Of a stretch of 64,000 bases of DNA, positions 35,468-48,401 are shown in pieces. Position numbers and translations under genes: made by a program. Every line of letters begins with the position of its first letter. Positions within the stretch are counted from its first letter, which is position 1. Where the stretch lies: positions 496,001 through 560,000 of the forward strand of contig CDLV01000006.1 in assembly GCA_001244265.2 (NCBI GenBank), in the 5' to 3' direction. Under the pieces are notes generated by a model that worked only from the letters and a program-made list of their open reading frames with translations, had not been told where the DNA came from and did not search any database. The DNA is from Microbotryum violaceum. Its lineage: Eukaryota.

Positions 35468-37201
35468 ATTGAACGTCGAGACAGTAGCTACTGTGTGCAC
35501 AAACACAGGAAATGGGAGAGGATGTAAAGGATATATGGGCGGAGATGAGAGGAAGAGAGCGGTATGTGGTATAGTTCTGCTGTGAGAGGCGGGTCCTCCC
35601 CACTCGATCGGCTTCAAGCGCCGTCGGAGAATCCAATCTTGCGATGCCGAATCAGCGGCCGTCCGTTTCGGAAACGGCATCCCATCTCGACGACCTCTGT
35701 ACCTTCTGTCGCTCCCACCTTGCTTCTTTTTTCGTTCAGTAATTCCGCAAAATGGTCCAGGTATGAGCTTTACATTTATGATCAGAGCAGCATAATGACA
35801 TCTCCTGACCAATTGCAGGGTCTACACGTACCGGCGACTTGAAGTTGAGGTCCAGTCGGCCCACGACAAGTGCGGATCGAGCGACCGGTTGAATTGACTT
35901 CGGTTCGAGTCACATGACCGAGACACGGGCGTTCGCCTCGGGGTGATCAGTTGGGCCGCCGCACTGGCAGTTCCCTCTACTCAGCTGAGCTTGAACGACA
36001 GCTGCCTACGTAGGCAGGTACTTGCCATGGAGTTGTAGTTCTGTACGCTACCGTGACCTCTGCGGCACCAGTTCAGCAGCACACTTACTTGTATGAGATA
36101 GATGACATGCCAGGGCGCTGATCATGACTGAGTCGGACGAGTGCACGCAGGCTCAGCCGGCACAGGTCACGTGATGCAGTGTCCCCAGACCACTTCACGG
36201 TACTTAACATGTGCCCCGGACAAGCCGGTAGTAGGCTATGGTCCAAGAAGATCAAGGGATGGTCATTAGGCTATTTATGCAGCAGAAAAAGCCAACACTT
36301 GCGCACATAGCCAAAGACAATAAATGCCATGCGTCGGATAAAGATCGGGCATCCCCACGTTCGTCATCGTATTAGACACCTGACAATGTAAGACCACTCT
36401 ACTGAGCCTGGCGCGAGGAAGATCGTGGCAGGGCTGGGACCGCGCACGCTCGGTCCACATGTCTCCATCACCCAGCGAAGGCAACGAGATCGAGTTGGCT
36501 ACGAATTGGCTACTTCAAGAGGCAGACAGAGAGGTATAAAGAGGTATAGCATCGTAATGCACGAGGTAGGTGGAGAACAAGCTGTAGTTCTTCCATAAGA
36601 CCGGCGCCAGCTATCCGCAAAGGGGCACCCTCCATCGGCGTCACGAAGAGATCATAGCATGCGAACGCTTAGTCGAGACCCAAGGACGTCACCCATCCCC
36701 TTTGCTCTTTCTTCGTTCGTCGTGTGCATTCTCCAGTGGGTCGAAGCTTGACAGGCGAGCATGGCATGGCGGCAAAAAGAAAGATCCTGGGAGGTTCGAT
36801 CTCCCCCTCAAGGTGTGACGAGCCCTTGCCACGTGGAACGACCTTCGCCGGACGCGAGATCGGGTGGCAGTTGCAAATGAAGTCACTTCGAGGGGTGGTG
36901 GGATGAAGTGGACATGTCGCGGTTAGACGTCTCGGTACGAACTGGCCGGCTATCGAAGAAAAGCCCGCGAGGAATGAAGGGAGGAGAAAAAGCGGGGAGC
37001 TACGAATACAGCTGACGAGCCGAGCACAGGGACGATGATACGATGGACAAATAAGGATCGCATTGCACAGTAGCAGATGCAGTGTTGTTGATGCTGGCGA
37101 TGGCTGTTCGGTGATGCTGAGAAGTACCTGGTGGACAGAGAAGAAAAGAGTGCACCCGCGAAGGCTGCGTCCGACCGACCGCCAGCGCGCCAGCACGCAA
37201 G

Positions 37202-39276
37202 AAGACCCCAGAAAGCCCAGCCGGAGGCGCATTTTTTTTTTTTGACATTTTGAGGACCCAAAATCCTGAAAATCGTCGAGGCGCATTGCAAAAAATTGAC
37301 ATTTTGGGATGAAACACACGTTTCACCCCCCAGGCGCATGTCTAGATTTTGACATTTTCCCGCGAGTCGGCCCAATTTTGGCCTACCCTGAGCAGCCTAC
37401 GGCATGACTTTGGGCCCGATTGCCCTCGCTTCGAGACGCGTTTCGCGATGCTTGCGCTTGAGCAAGTCACTTAGTACTAGTCATCTTTGGTAATCACTTG
37501 AGTTAAGTGGCTGTGAGGGATTAGGCCGATTAGATATCGAAAGGGCGCAGGTTCCGTTCCGCTTCACCGACTTTCGTCCGAGATTGGAGCATAGCACGAC
37601 AACATCATCCCATGCAGGCCTGAACGATGCCTTCGATTGATTATTGCCGCTCACCAACATGAACATGACGATCGCCGAGCTCCTCGCCTTCGATGTCGCT
37701 CCCGCCGACGCGTCTCTTTACATCGAGTTGTCCAAAGACGAGCACACCCAGTACTCGACCTTATCATCTACTCGAGGCCGTTGAGAAGGCAACTGAAACA
37801 GCTTCTCACGACCAATCGTGCGTCTACCAAGCTCAACTATCGAAATTTTGGTCTAAGCTCACGCGTGTTTGGTTCTACACAGCCCACACAATTGAAACTT
37901 CCGCCTCAAGTTGTCGATGCTCGCGATACCAATTTCTCGCTGAACTGGCCAACCTGATTGCCCATCAAGCTGCTCATAAGTGTAGCCACCTCAAGCTGTT
38001 CTACTCAAGGGAGGCCGATGGAATCGAGCGACCCAACTCGCGGAGAGGCAGGCGTAGGGGTTAGCAATACAGAGGAAGGACGCAGTGCAGCACATTCATG
38101 CGTCTTGAAAGGGTTGGTACAGTCCATGGGACCATCTCGCTGCGAAGACATGGCGGGCACGACCAGGAGCTTTCGCTGGACTAGAGGTGACCAGATGGAC
38201 CGAGCGCTCACAACACACGAGGATCCAGAAGAATGTCTATACTGAGGATGGCCGCATTCAAGTGAGTTGTCGCTGAATTTAGGAGCGAAGGCAACTGGAT
38301 CTAATGTTTGGAGAAACAAGCAGACGGAGCACTAGCACAACGCTATCCTCATTTTGGATCGCTTGACGGCGGAGCTGTAACCACTACCACAACATCGGAG
38401 ATCGGATCTCTGGTCTGCTTTGGCCTCAAGCGTGGCATGCATTCACTCAGCTGCGATCAAACTGTTTATGGAGAAGAAGTGCTGTTCATTGGAATTGGTA
38501 CGATGCCTTGAATGGCAGTTGAGCTGTGAAGTTCTCGTTTGACACAAGTCTTGTGTCCTACAGTGCGATACATCTATAGCAAAGTGACAACAAACCACTG
38601 CAACCAAGATAGGCTCGCCTCGTTGGTTCTACTCTCAAATGTCGTCGTACAGGAGCTTCGCCTCATCAAGAAAACATGCTATTCCACACACCTCATTGAT
38701 GGCACTATGCCGTTCCGCATGATTGATGGTCGACAGGTCATCGAGTCATTAGGCCCGTCAACGACTACATATCGTTCAACCACGGACCTTACCTCATGTT
38801 ACCCGGACGGGCGCCTAATCAGCACGAGCGCACATGCCGAGCAAAGGTTTGCCGCCCTTCGGAGCGTGCCCGGCCTGCGAGATGCCGCCGGCAGAACCTC
38901 TACAAGCCGCACAAATGCCACCGCGGAAACAAGGAGATCAACTTCAGCAAAAAGGAAGTCTGACAACGAAGCAGCGAGCCAGCCAGCAAAGCAAGGAAGG
39001 CTTGTTTGAAGCGTGGAGCCACGCGCAACACCAGCCGAAGCGACGCGCGCCGCAAGCCACTTTCGATAGGCCGCCGCGCGCCCGCAAACGCTCGGAACGC
39101 GTTTTCGAGGACTTTTGAGCGATGTTTGGAGCATGTAGAACATATTTTGATAATATTTCCGAGGTGCATGCGAAATTTTGACACTTTGGGGCCAAAACAG
39201 GGTAAAAAACGTTTACAAAAAAGCCCAAAAAGGGCGTTTTTCCGCATGCGCCTCTGGCTGGGCTTTCTGGGGTCCT
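37202..39276. mobile_element. 2,075-bp DNA transposon with 31-bp TIRs and 8-bp TSD, carrying a decayed SWIM-finger gene
   Basis: TIR A(A/G)GACCCCAGAAAGCCCAGCC(G/A)GAGGCGCAT at 37202-37232 and inverted at 39246-39276 (2 mismatches). CACGCAAG lies directly outside both ends (37194-37201, 39277-39284). Subterminal TTGACA(T/C)TTT repeats. Confidence 0.88.
37659..39009 (+). pseudogene. Decayed spliced gene inside the TIR element (SWIM finger plus unknown domain and NLS-like tail)
   Basis: HTIETSASSCRCSRYQF...HKCSHL (CxC-x20-CxH) at ~37885-37990. GT-AG introns join later frames. In-frame stops are present (e.g. TGA at 38243-38245). The C-terminus is SAKRKSD...PAKQGRLV*. Confidence 0.55.
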
Positions 39277-39831
39277 CACGCAAGCTGCAAGCTCACGCAA
39301 GAGCACGCTCCAGCACACTGCAACACTGGCAAGATCCAGTGGCTTTGACTTTACATAAGTCTAACCCCCCCCCCCCCCCCTCTAAAGAAAAAAAAAAGCG
39401 TAGATAATCGAATATATAGAATCTGACCAGGCTTGATGCAAATGCACACAAAAAAAAGCAGGTCCATGAAGCTGAGCAGCACTGCAGTGGAGCAGCGGCA
39501 TTGCTGCCAGCAGGCGAGAGCGCCTCCAATCTTCTTACCCCCACACACCGTTCTTGGCCCATCATCTGAGGGTTGAAAAGAGGTCAGCAAATTCAGACCT
39601 GTCCAAATTCAAGTCTGTCGAGACCGGAGACACGATAGCGAGGATTCTTTCGACTTTCGTGCGTTGGCTACTAAGCAAAGAGAGGCCTCAGCTGTGATGG
39701 TGCGATCAACGACAGAATTACAGTACTAGCTGTAGCTAGTCCAAACTAAATATGCTATAATAAACAAGGTTGCTGATGAAGAGAGAGAGAGATGCTGCTG
39801 TTATACGGGCTTGCGCGAATAAATAGAAGAA

Positions 39832-41440
39832 TTACAGGACCATGCGGCTCGAATCGACGCTGTTGGCGAGGATATTGTGCGAGTGGTACTCCTCCTGAAG
39901 AGCCGGCCTTGAAGGTCGACCACCGAGCATCCCTTTGCCGACCTCGAGCATCCTCAAGAACGAGTTCGAGCGCTGTGTCCGCACGACCGCGTCAGCCGCC
40001 ATCTCATCGGCGTAAGCGATCGGGTAGCTCGGCATGTCGTCGGTCGGTGTGAGAGGTGCGGCGTGAACTCCTCGTCGAGCAGCGCCGGCGGCCTGCGCCG
40101 ACATTTGGTATGCGATCTTTTGCGAGCGAGGAATAGAGCCATGTGGAGCGTGCTGGCCGCGAGACGTCTCGAGGTCCATCATTTCCTCGTCGTCCGACAC
40201 TGGTTGGAAGTCGTCGGACAGGGTGTCACCGGACGAGGACGAGCCTGTCGGGGAGACGCGTGGTCGGTGCTGAGACGATATAACGGAAGGGCGGCGAGAT
40301 GAGGAAGCACTGGTCGAGCTGGTCGCGTTCGAAGAGCGACGGCCCGGTGTCGGGGAAGGCGTCAGGAGTCCGGTTTCGCGGCCCTTTTGCGTTGTCGCGG
40401 TAGAGCTCCTTCGGCTCGGCGTACGAGGCGCAACGGCGTTCATGGATGCGGAGGCGGACGAGACGGAAGAGCGGGTCGATTCACGGTACGGGTGGCGCGA
40501 AGTCGAGGCCACGGGTCGGCGAAGGAAAGGAGCAAAGTGCTCGACGAGTTCTTCCTCAACGATTCGGAGATCGTAGTCGAGCAAGAAGAGGAGCTGGCGT
40601 TCCATCAGGTTAACCTCGGCGGAGGAGAAGAGGGCGCCGTATCGAGTCCAGTGCTTGTTCTTGGGCGACGAGTCGTTCAAGTACTTGGCCGCGACGATGA
40701 GAGTGGCTAGGAAGACGCGGTGACGCGTGCAGTGCATGCCCTTGGCGACCTTGGGCAATCGAGACTTGAGGCGTTCGAGGTAGACGAGTGTGCACAACAA
40801 AGTCGGCACCTGCACGTTCGACTTGTCGACAAGGATGGTGATAAACTCCTCGAGCGAGGGAATCGCCGAGGCTTGCGAGTCGCGAGCCGGGAAAGCCGAC
40901 TTGGTCGGCGTGGGAGGAGGCGACGGCAGCGAAGTCGGAGGTGCGGGTCCGCATTGGATGACTTCAACAGCCTTGGCGGCGAGATGAGCTGTGTAAAAGT
41001 AGTGGTATTTGCGAGCATGGTCAGTACAATGATCGAGGGCCACTGGCTGGACTCGGGTAGAGGTGTTCGCCGTGTCGCCCGCGAGGCGCGCCGTTGGCTC
41101 GATCACTCATTTGAACGCGCCCCCAGACGCGCGCCCTGTTCGGACGGCGCGACTGGGCAGAGGCGGCCGCGGCGGCCGATCACATCCTCAGACGACGAAG
41201 CGAGCCCGTGACAGATGTAGCGCTTGATGAAAGCCAAGTACTAAAGCCCCCGTAAAGCATGAGATGCTACTCACAGATCATCTCCGAGGTGACGGGCGCA
41301 CGAACGAGTTCGAGCAACGACGGATCGTGCAGGAACTTGGGGATGAGCGACGCGGGGTGGCGGCGGTTCATTGAAGGAATCGGGTGCACGAAGCCAGCGG
41401 TCGAGGACGAGGTGGATTGTGCGGAAGAGCGACGATCCAT
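39832..41440 (-). CDS. Pho85 cyclin (Pcl1/2-like), 2 coding exons
   Basis: RRHPASLIP...[14 protein letters not shown] spliced to [11 protein letters not shown]. Cyclin box [32 protein letters not shown]...[25 protein letters not shown]...[17 protein letters not shown]. Confidence 0.93.
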
Positions 41441-44400
41441 GGCTGAAGAAGAACTGATCCTTTGGGGTGAAGAGGTGGTGGTGGTGTGTTCGAGGAGAGG
41501 GAGAGGGGTAGGGTGGGGTGGGGGGGGGCGAGCAAAGCCGAAACGTGCCGAGAGTTCTGAGTCGCGACGGGTGAGCAGCAGTGGCAACGAGCGGTCAAAT
41601 CGAACTTTGTATGGGCAAAGTGATGAAGAGGAGGGAGAGAGGTGTTGACGAAATGAAGTGCGAGGTTGACAAAGCAAGATTGACGATCCTTGTTGAATGC
41701 CGAAAGTGATCACCAAGTAGAGAGGCGAACAGATTGTCCCAAAACCGAGGGACGGCTGCTCCGAAGATGAGGCGAAGCAGAGAGAAGGCTGGTCAGTTTC
41801 GAAGCCAAGGCGCAATTAGCACACGCGGCGCGCGCCCGCCGACGCGCTGTGGGCGGAGCGCGCGGTCGGCGCGGAGGACCGCTCTTTGGACGGAAGCGAG
41901 CGAGAGGGCTGGCTTGGCGCCGAAAAGACAAAACCGCTGCGCGCGTGCGGGCTAAGGTCAAGGGCGCAAAGGCACGCGCGCAGAAGGAAGGAAGGCTTCG
42001 GAGGCACACGCTACTCACCGAAGTGGAAGATTTCGCGCGGCGCAGATCAACCCCCTGCAACGAGCTGGGAGAGGCTGGGTTCTCGTCTGACAAAGATAGT
42101 CGGCGAGAGTGCGATGGCGACCACGACGACCGATGAAGGAAGCAAGTTAGGTGGTGGAACGAGTTACAATGTGGGAGGTCGTGGCAGGGAGCGCGATTCT
42201 GCGACAAACAAAAAAGTGGGGGTGGGGGGTCAGCATCTGAGGAAGCGCGGATGCGCATGTATCAAGTGGCGAATGTGCGCTGTGCAAGCTCGAGAAGCTG
42301 CAGAGCATAGTTCCCGACAGTATGTTGAGGGCACCCTTGGGACGCCAACGGTCGACGCAAGTATCGAGCCCTAGAAACAGCGATCTTTTAAATCGCGAAC
42401 GAAGCCCGAATTAGAAAGGGGCTGCCAGAAGCACCCGAACATGCGCGCGCGCGCGCGCCTGCTGGATCAGGCAAGAGTGAAGGCATCGACGCTTGGCCCT
42501 CGAGTGTTCCGAGACAAGCTGCCTAAAGTATCGCGACCGTCGATTTTCGAATGCCATTTACGTCAACCCGCTCCCAACCACGGAGCCGCGCTCAAAGCGC
42601 CGGCATCGTTTGCCCCTCTAGTCTCGGGCTAATTCGTTCCGCTCGGCCCATGGCCCAGATGTCAACACATCGGCCCCGGGCCCAGCAGGTGTCGCGAACC
42701 ACTCTGCGCTCCAGAGGCGGTGCGAGAACGCTCCCCATTGCGCCTAGATGTAGAAAGTCTGCAATACCAAGCAATCGTACCAGAACAAGTGATGAACTCA
42801 CCTATACTGCCCTAGGGTGAATGCTGAGCGTGGTCAACTTCAGAAGCTTGTTAGCTTGTGGTCGAGACGGCCCAACTGCGGTGTGATTGCGGATTGATTC
42901 GATTGATTCGATTCGATCCCGGTCGACAGGGGGTCGTGATGCTGCGGGGCGGTGAATGTATGTTCGAGATTGGGCAATTGAGTCGGCTCGGTGTTGGAGA
43001 AGGTGTAACCTCGAAGCTGCAGACGAGTGGTCGGGTTCCGTGAGCAACAACGACGGAGTGGTAGATGGGCAAGGAGAGAAGGATGGAACAAGCAGCTAGC
43101 TGTCTCAAAGCGGTAACCGGCAGCAGCGCAGAACAGAGCGGGAGAAAGCTGGACCCTGCCGGAGATCAGGGCGGCGCCACCGTTACACTACCTATCAGGG
43201 CGCGCGCGCAATCGGTGTAGGTGGCCATCGAGTGCCTTGTTACTTTGATCGCCCGGCTCATCTCAGCAAAGGCGCCGCACTTGTGAGTTAACCCCGCAAG
43301 CCCTGCTGTCGACGAGTACGTCCTAATGCCCGAACCGAAACATGATGACCGAACATAAGCGTCAAAGTACATCTCTTTAGTGCATTGTGTTCCGAAGTAC
43401 GCCCCTAGATAGTACTCAAATTATTCCTTGCGCAGGATGAAGAAAAACTTAGGGGCAATTATCCCCATGTGCACGCGCCCGCCCTCGGTCCTCGACTTTC
43501 TCAGGACCGGGATATGGCAAAAGAAAACACAGCGATACCGCGTCATCAGCAGAGAAGTCCGGTGAAAGCACCGCCGGCCCCTCTTGCTGGTGGGATTGCT
43601 CGCAGCTATCACTGGGTACTCTCAATCGTGCGACCCGAGCGTCGAGTTGAGTGGGACCTGACATCGGCACTGTTGGCGATCGTCTTGAGCCAGCCCAAGC
43701 GACCTTTGAAAATCATCCTCGGTGCACAGTGGAAAGTTACGATTGTGGTGGGTAGCCCGGGTATCTAGGTAGGTACGGTACCTAAGGACAGCTCTATGTT
43801 GTGGACAAACCGTCGTTCTGAGCACGCTTCCAATGCACACTACACCCGAAGATGCTGGCGCGAAGCCGATCCATCGAAACAAAATTACCGCATTCGGCAT
43901 CCTGGCCCGAGTCGTCGACTCGAGACGAGCCAGCTGATCGCCAGCAGCCGCCTGCAGCCGCCGGCCTGAAAGGTAATAACAACTCTTTGAGACCCCTCAT
44001 GATCAGAGAATACGCCTATCCTTAAGAATTTTCGAGGCCTTCCCGAAACGCCGGTTCGGCAGACCCGCCAGCGCACTCTCAAGCATCAGGCCTCAGGCTA
44101 CTCTGTTAGTGCCTTTGAGTGCGTGCCGGACTTTTGGTTGTCGGCGCGCTTGCAATCCGGCACTAGGAGCTACCGGCGCATCCGGCAAACTCACGCCGAA
44201 TGTGTAGACTCTACCTGTTCAAGTGCACCCGACTCCAAGCAAAATGTACGGCGGAGGTCCCTCATATTTTTATTAAGACACCACTAACATCGCTTCCGGA
44301 TTGCCCCATAGCCTGTAGCCGAGCTCTCCGGACCGGACGCTGCACTTGATCTAACTGCCCCGCTATGACCTATCAATCGGCGGCGCAGCCAAGTTTGCCA

Positions 44401-44842
44401 CGAACACACACCATATCCAAGGCTGGTCGCTACTTCAACATTTCTTCCTCTGAGATTGACCGGCGTTTAGTCGAGCTTACATCCAGCCGTAACAGCCCGA
44501 CTCGAGCAAATGGTCATTCACTAATTGCGGACTTAGCATCAGCCCTCTTCGAGCTAAATGCTCTCCGAGGCACGTCATCGGCTGTACCTGCTATCGGAAA
44601 AGAAGAAGGTCCTGAGAGGGGTCCCTTAACCCGGTCATGATAAGCGTTATTTTTCAGCTTGTGCTCGCCTTGAAGGGGTGTGGTGCACCTTCAGTCCGAA
44701 TGAACCATCAGCCGAGGGAAGCTGCGAGATCCGAGATCGCAAGTCCTTTGTCGAGCGCCCCTTTGATACTCTCTGACTATGACTTCAACTAGTAGCCCGA
44801 CAGGTGCGTCTTGATCAGCGTTCGGCGCTCGATTTAAGTCAT

Positions 44843-45045
44843 CATTAAAAACACGAGATTTTTTTTTTGCAAGTCACACCAAGTGGATATTTGAGTACGA
44901 AATTTTTGGCATAGAAGACTTTCCAGTCTCGACTTTTGCTCTCCGAGATGTTCGGCCGGTCCTCACGCGCCTCACGGGTTATCGAGCATCTTGAGCTCCC
45001 AGCCAGAAAAAAACAAAAAAACATAAAAACGAATGAAAAGCCCTG
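44843..45045. mobile_element. Possible MITE/hAT-type end fragment
   Basis: AT-rich island with A/T homopolymer runs ending in ...GAAAAGCCCTG (CAGGG on the minus strand). No partner TIR or TSD found. Confidence 0.25.
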
Positions 45046-46197
45046 TAGCATAGAAACATGTGGATTGGAAAAGAAGCAAGCAGACCTTTTTGTCCACGTG
45101 ATCGGCACCCAGTAGTCGTCTGCGTACGCCTTCAGCTGTGGTTCGTGGCGATTGTGAAACCCACGTGACGAAGCTGCTAAATCCTACCAGCATCCGCGCG
45201 GCCAGCCCCTGCCGGCGACTTTCCTAATCAGGACGTGCGGCGGCCGCCTCGAGATTTCTCTCTCCGCGGAACCTGCCCAGCTTGGAGCCGCATTAATGTC
45301 CGAAGCAATTACTTACTACTCCCCCCTTCCAATGCTTTGGCCGCGCATTAGGTAAGCGGAACGATTGCGCACCCAACGCTCATACTGACGTCAGAGTCGC
45401 TGTAGGCGCGTCGCCGCTATCATGGGGGGGCTGGGCCGGCTGGGGCCGGCTGGGGCCTGCATGCCTGCATGCCTTAGGTGCATGAGCAAGAGCAAGACTG
45501 AGCAAAAATAGCCCGTCAAGAGTGGGCAAGGCAATGTGATGTGCGACATTTATCTAAAAAGGCACCGAGGTCTTAGGAACGACGAATTACCTAGGCACGA
45601 GATGCCAAAGTGGGTGGTACCCTTCCAATCACCAGGAGAAGCCCGAGAAGGCCGAGCAACTTTAATGGTTGTTCGGATTTTGCATGTCCCGCTCGCTTGC
45701 GCGCGCCGCGACCGCCTGTCTCGCAGGCGCGACCTGATAACCCTGCAGCTCAACCTTCGACGCCGGTGATATTCCATCCTGCTTCGCGTCCTAGATCCTC
45801 GAACGCGAGACTCTCGATAGTCGACCGCTGGTAGAGAGATTTGATGCCGAGGCAAGGACTCTCCTGCCGAAAGTACCTGTGCGGTGGACCTCCAAACTCG
45901 GAGACCTGGCTCAACTTGGCGTTCAACGTTCAGCTCTACTGCGCACAGCCCCTATGCGGCGCCAGTCCAGGTCGGTGAGGCAATCTGAGGTGAAGATTTA
46001 TGAAATGAAAAAGATTAGTATCTTTGCTTTGCTCAAAATGCTTTTATTGCAGCGAAACCCTTGCTCAACAAGTAAGCCTCTTGGATAAGGAAGAGAAAGA
46101 AGGATAGAAACCCGTCACTCGAGCTTTGTTGATACTGTTCTCAACACGCCGCTCTTGCACACGATCCCTCGCCCTTCCTTACTTCACATCGTCTTTT

Positions 46198-48401
46198 TCA
46201 ATGGAAGAATCGGAAATCAGGATGGGTCTGACCCAACAACGCGTCGTCCATCCCCTCTCTGTGCTTGCTCAACCCCTCTTTCCCGTCTAAGCTCGCCTTC
46301 TCATCCCTTCTATAATTCTCCTTCGCTTGCCACCACCACAAGCCACCGCTCGTACCAATGAGGATGGCTGAGGTGCAGAGGTTCATGACATTGCCCGGGA
46401 TTTGACGCTGCCCAAACTTGGCGATGAAGGTCCACCCGGCCGCGACGCCGCCGAGGTTGGCGAAAAGGACGTTCAAGGCCAACGCACCGGCACGAGCTGT
46501 TTCACTCGTGGTGTTGATAGCCGTCCAGGACAGGATCATTACGGCATTGGCGTGGACGGCACCGATGAGGAAACAGGCCGCGTAACGGACTTTTGCGTTC
46601 AGCGTCGCGATGAACATGATGTACGCCATCAGCATGACGCTCGAGCAGATCACGATGTAGATGGCGCGTCTGCGTGTGCGGTACGAGAGGTAGGCGACGC
46701 CGAGGGTCCAGCAGATACCGACGGCATGAGGTGGTACGGTGAAGAGCTGCAGTGAGACGACAGAACGATGAGGGTAGATTGACTTGACGATTGAAGGGAG
46801 GAAAAACACCTGGCCCTCTGCGCATAGATGGTGAAAGTCGGAAAGTTAGCAGAGATTCGGGGCAAGATACAGTGAAGACAGGAGGCGTGACGAACGGCCA
46901 GTCAGATTGTTGCACGTATTGAGCAAGGCGCACACGATTGCGGTCTTGTTGAACATTCCTTGAAGGTAGAGCCGCTTTGATGCCTTGTCGATCAATGTGG
47001 TGGCGCCGACGTTCTCCGACTTGACTCGATTCACCGCGAGCTCCTTTTCGTCCGCCGACAACCACGTCGCCGTTTCTGGACTGGCGGTCATGACGAACCA
47101 GGCCATGATACTGACACTGATCGTGATAAAACCTTCCTGTGGGGGATATAGCGGATGAAGGTGTCATGTCAGGGTGTGGTGTCGGAACTCTGCTGCACCA
47201 GATCTCTGCGTTCTGCTCGACGTACAGCAAAGAAGATCAATCGCCAACTATGAACCATTCCAAAGGGACGGGCTTGTATGAGACCACTGGCAAGTAGACC
47301 TATGAGTGTTCGAAAATCAGTTTCTGCCGCGCATGACAGGTCTATCTGGGTCACTTCGCACCTCCGAACGCCCCCGAGACCGGACTGGCCACACTGCCGG
47401 AACCAATGAAGCATTAACATCGCAACGCCCCACGTTGCCCCGCTCATCGTTCCCACTCACCTAAACGAAGCGATCCTAACCGCCAGCTCATCCTTCCTAT
47501 ACCATCGCGACATGTAATAAACCGACCCCGGGATCAAAGCGCTCTCGCACACGCCCAAGATGAATCGTAAGCCCATCATTTGGCCGAACGTCTTGGCGAA
47601 CGCATTGGCGACGGAGAAGATGCCGAAGAGGAGGGTGATACAGGGGAGGAAGCGCGAGGGACCGAAGATTTTGCAGAGATAGTTGCCGGGAATTTCGGTG
47701 ACGAGGTATCCGACTGGAGACATCGAAGAGGGGCACGGTTGAGTTCGAATGCACTGATGCGTGTGGCCTTTGACGATCGTTGAGAAAAACTCAAGGACAC
47801 TTACTGTAAAAACTCGTAACGAGCAAGTTGAAACTACGGTATTATTTCGGAACATCAGCGATTCCCTTAGGTCGGCCGAGCTGTCCGAGACGGACGATGC
47901 TTCAGGGGCTCACTCATAAATCCCCGTCATCTGAAGGTCTTTCTCCATCCCAGCGATTCGGGCATTCGCCACGTTCGCACGGTCAACTAGGTGATAGGAG
48001 ACTTATTAGTGGCCTGTTATCTCCCGAGAGTGCCTGTTGCTGAGCTCGGGAACTTACTGAACGAAAATAAGCACATGAGAAATACAGGCGCGATCACGCG
48101 TCGATCAATCTTGCGCCTCAGGGCCTGAAAAACTACATGAATGTCAGCGAGGGAAAAGCTCGAATCAAGATACATCGGATTCCCGACGGGACAACTCACC
48201 GTCTCGGCTCGGACATCTAAGTATGGCTCTACGCCTGAGTTTGAGGAAAAAGGGGCAGTGTTTAGCTTTGCGAAAGGTGGCCGACCCATTCGCAAGCGAA
48301 CGCGAGAGCACGTCAACCGTTTCGAGTTGACCTACCGAGCTGTTCAACGAGCCCGACCTTGGAGTCGCCACTGGTGGGCACCGATCGAGCATCGGGTACA
48401 T
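46198..48401 (-). CDS. MFS transporter, anion:cation symporter (Dal5/Tna1-like); start approximate
   Basis: LRRKIDRRVI, DRANVANARIAGMEKDL, EIPGNYLCKIFGPSRFL, LRFILGVCES...PG..YYMSRWYRKDEL, WRLIF, PETATWLSADEKELA, FFLPSIV, QLFTVPP and HPDFRF. Many introns. Confidence 0.9.

Noticed and set aside
36150-36700. Hydrophobic peptide fragments on the minus strand suggesting a membrane-protein pseudogene
   Set aside because: Multiple stops in all frames and no recognisable motif.
43990-44624. Short inverted match GACCCCTC/GAGGGGTC and two adjacent hairpins at ~44071-44163
   Set aside because: The match is too short, there is no TSD, and there are no H/ACA boxes; compatible with chance in GC-rich DNA.
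28931-48401. P450 pair plus MFS transporter as a secondary-metabolite cluster
   Set aside because: No backbone enzyme (PKS, NRPS, terpene synthase) in the window, and a housekeeping cyclin lies between them.
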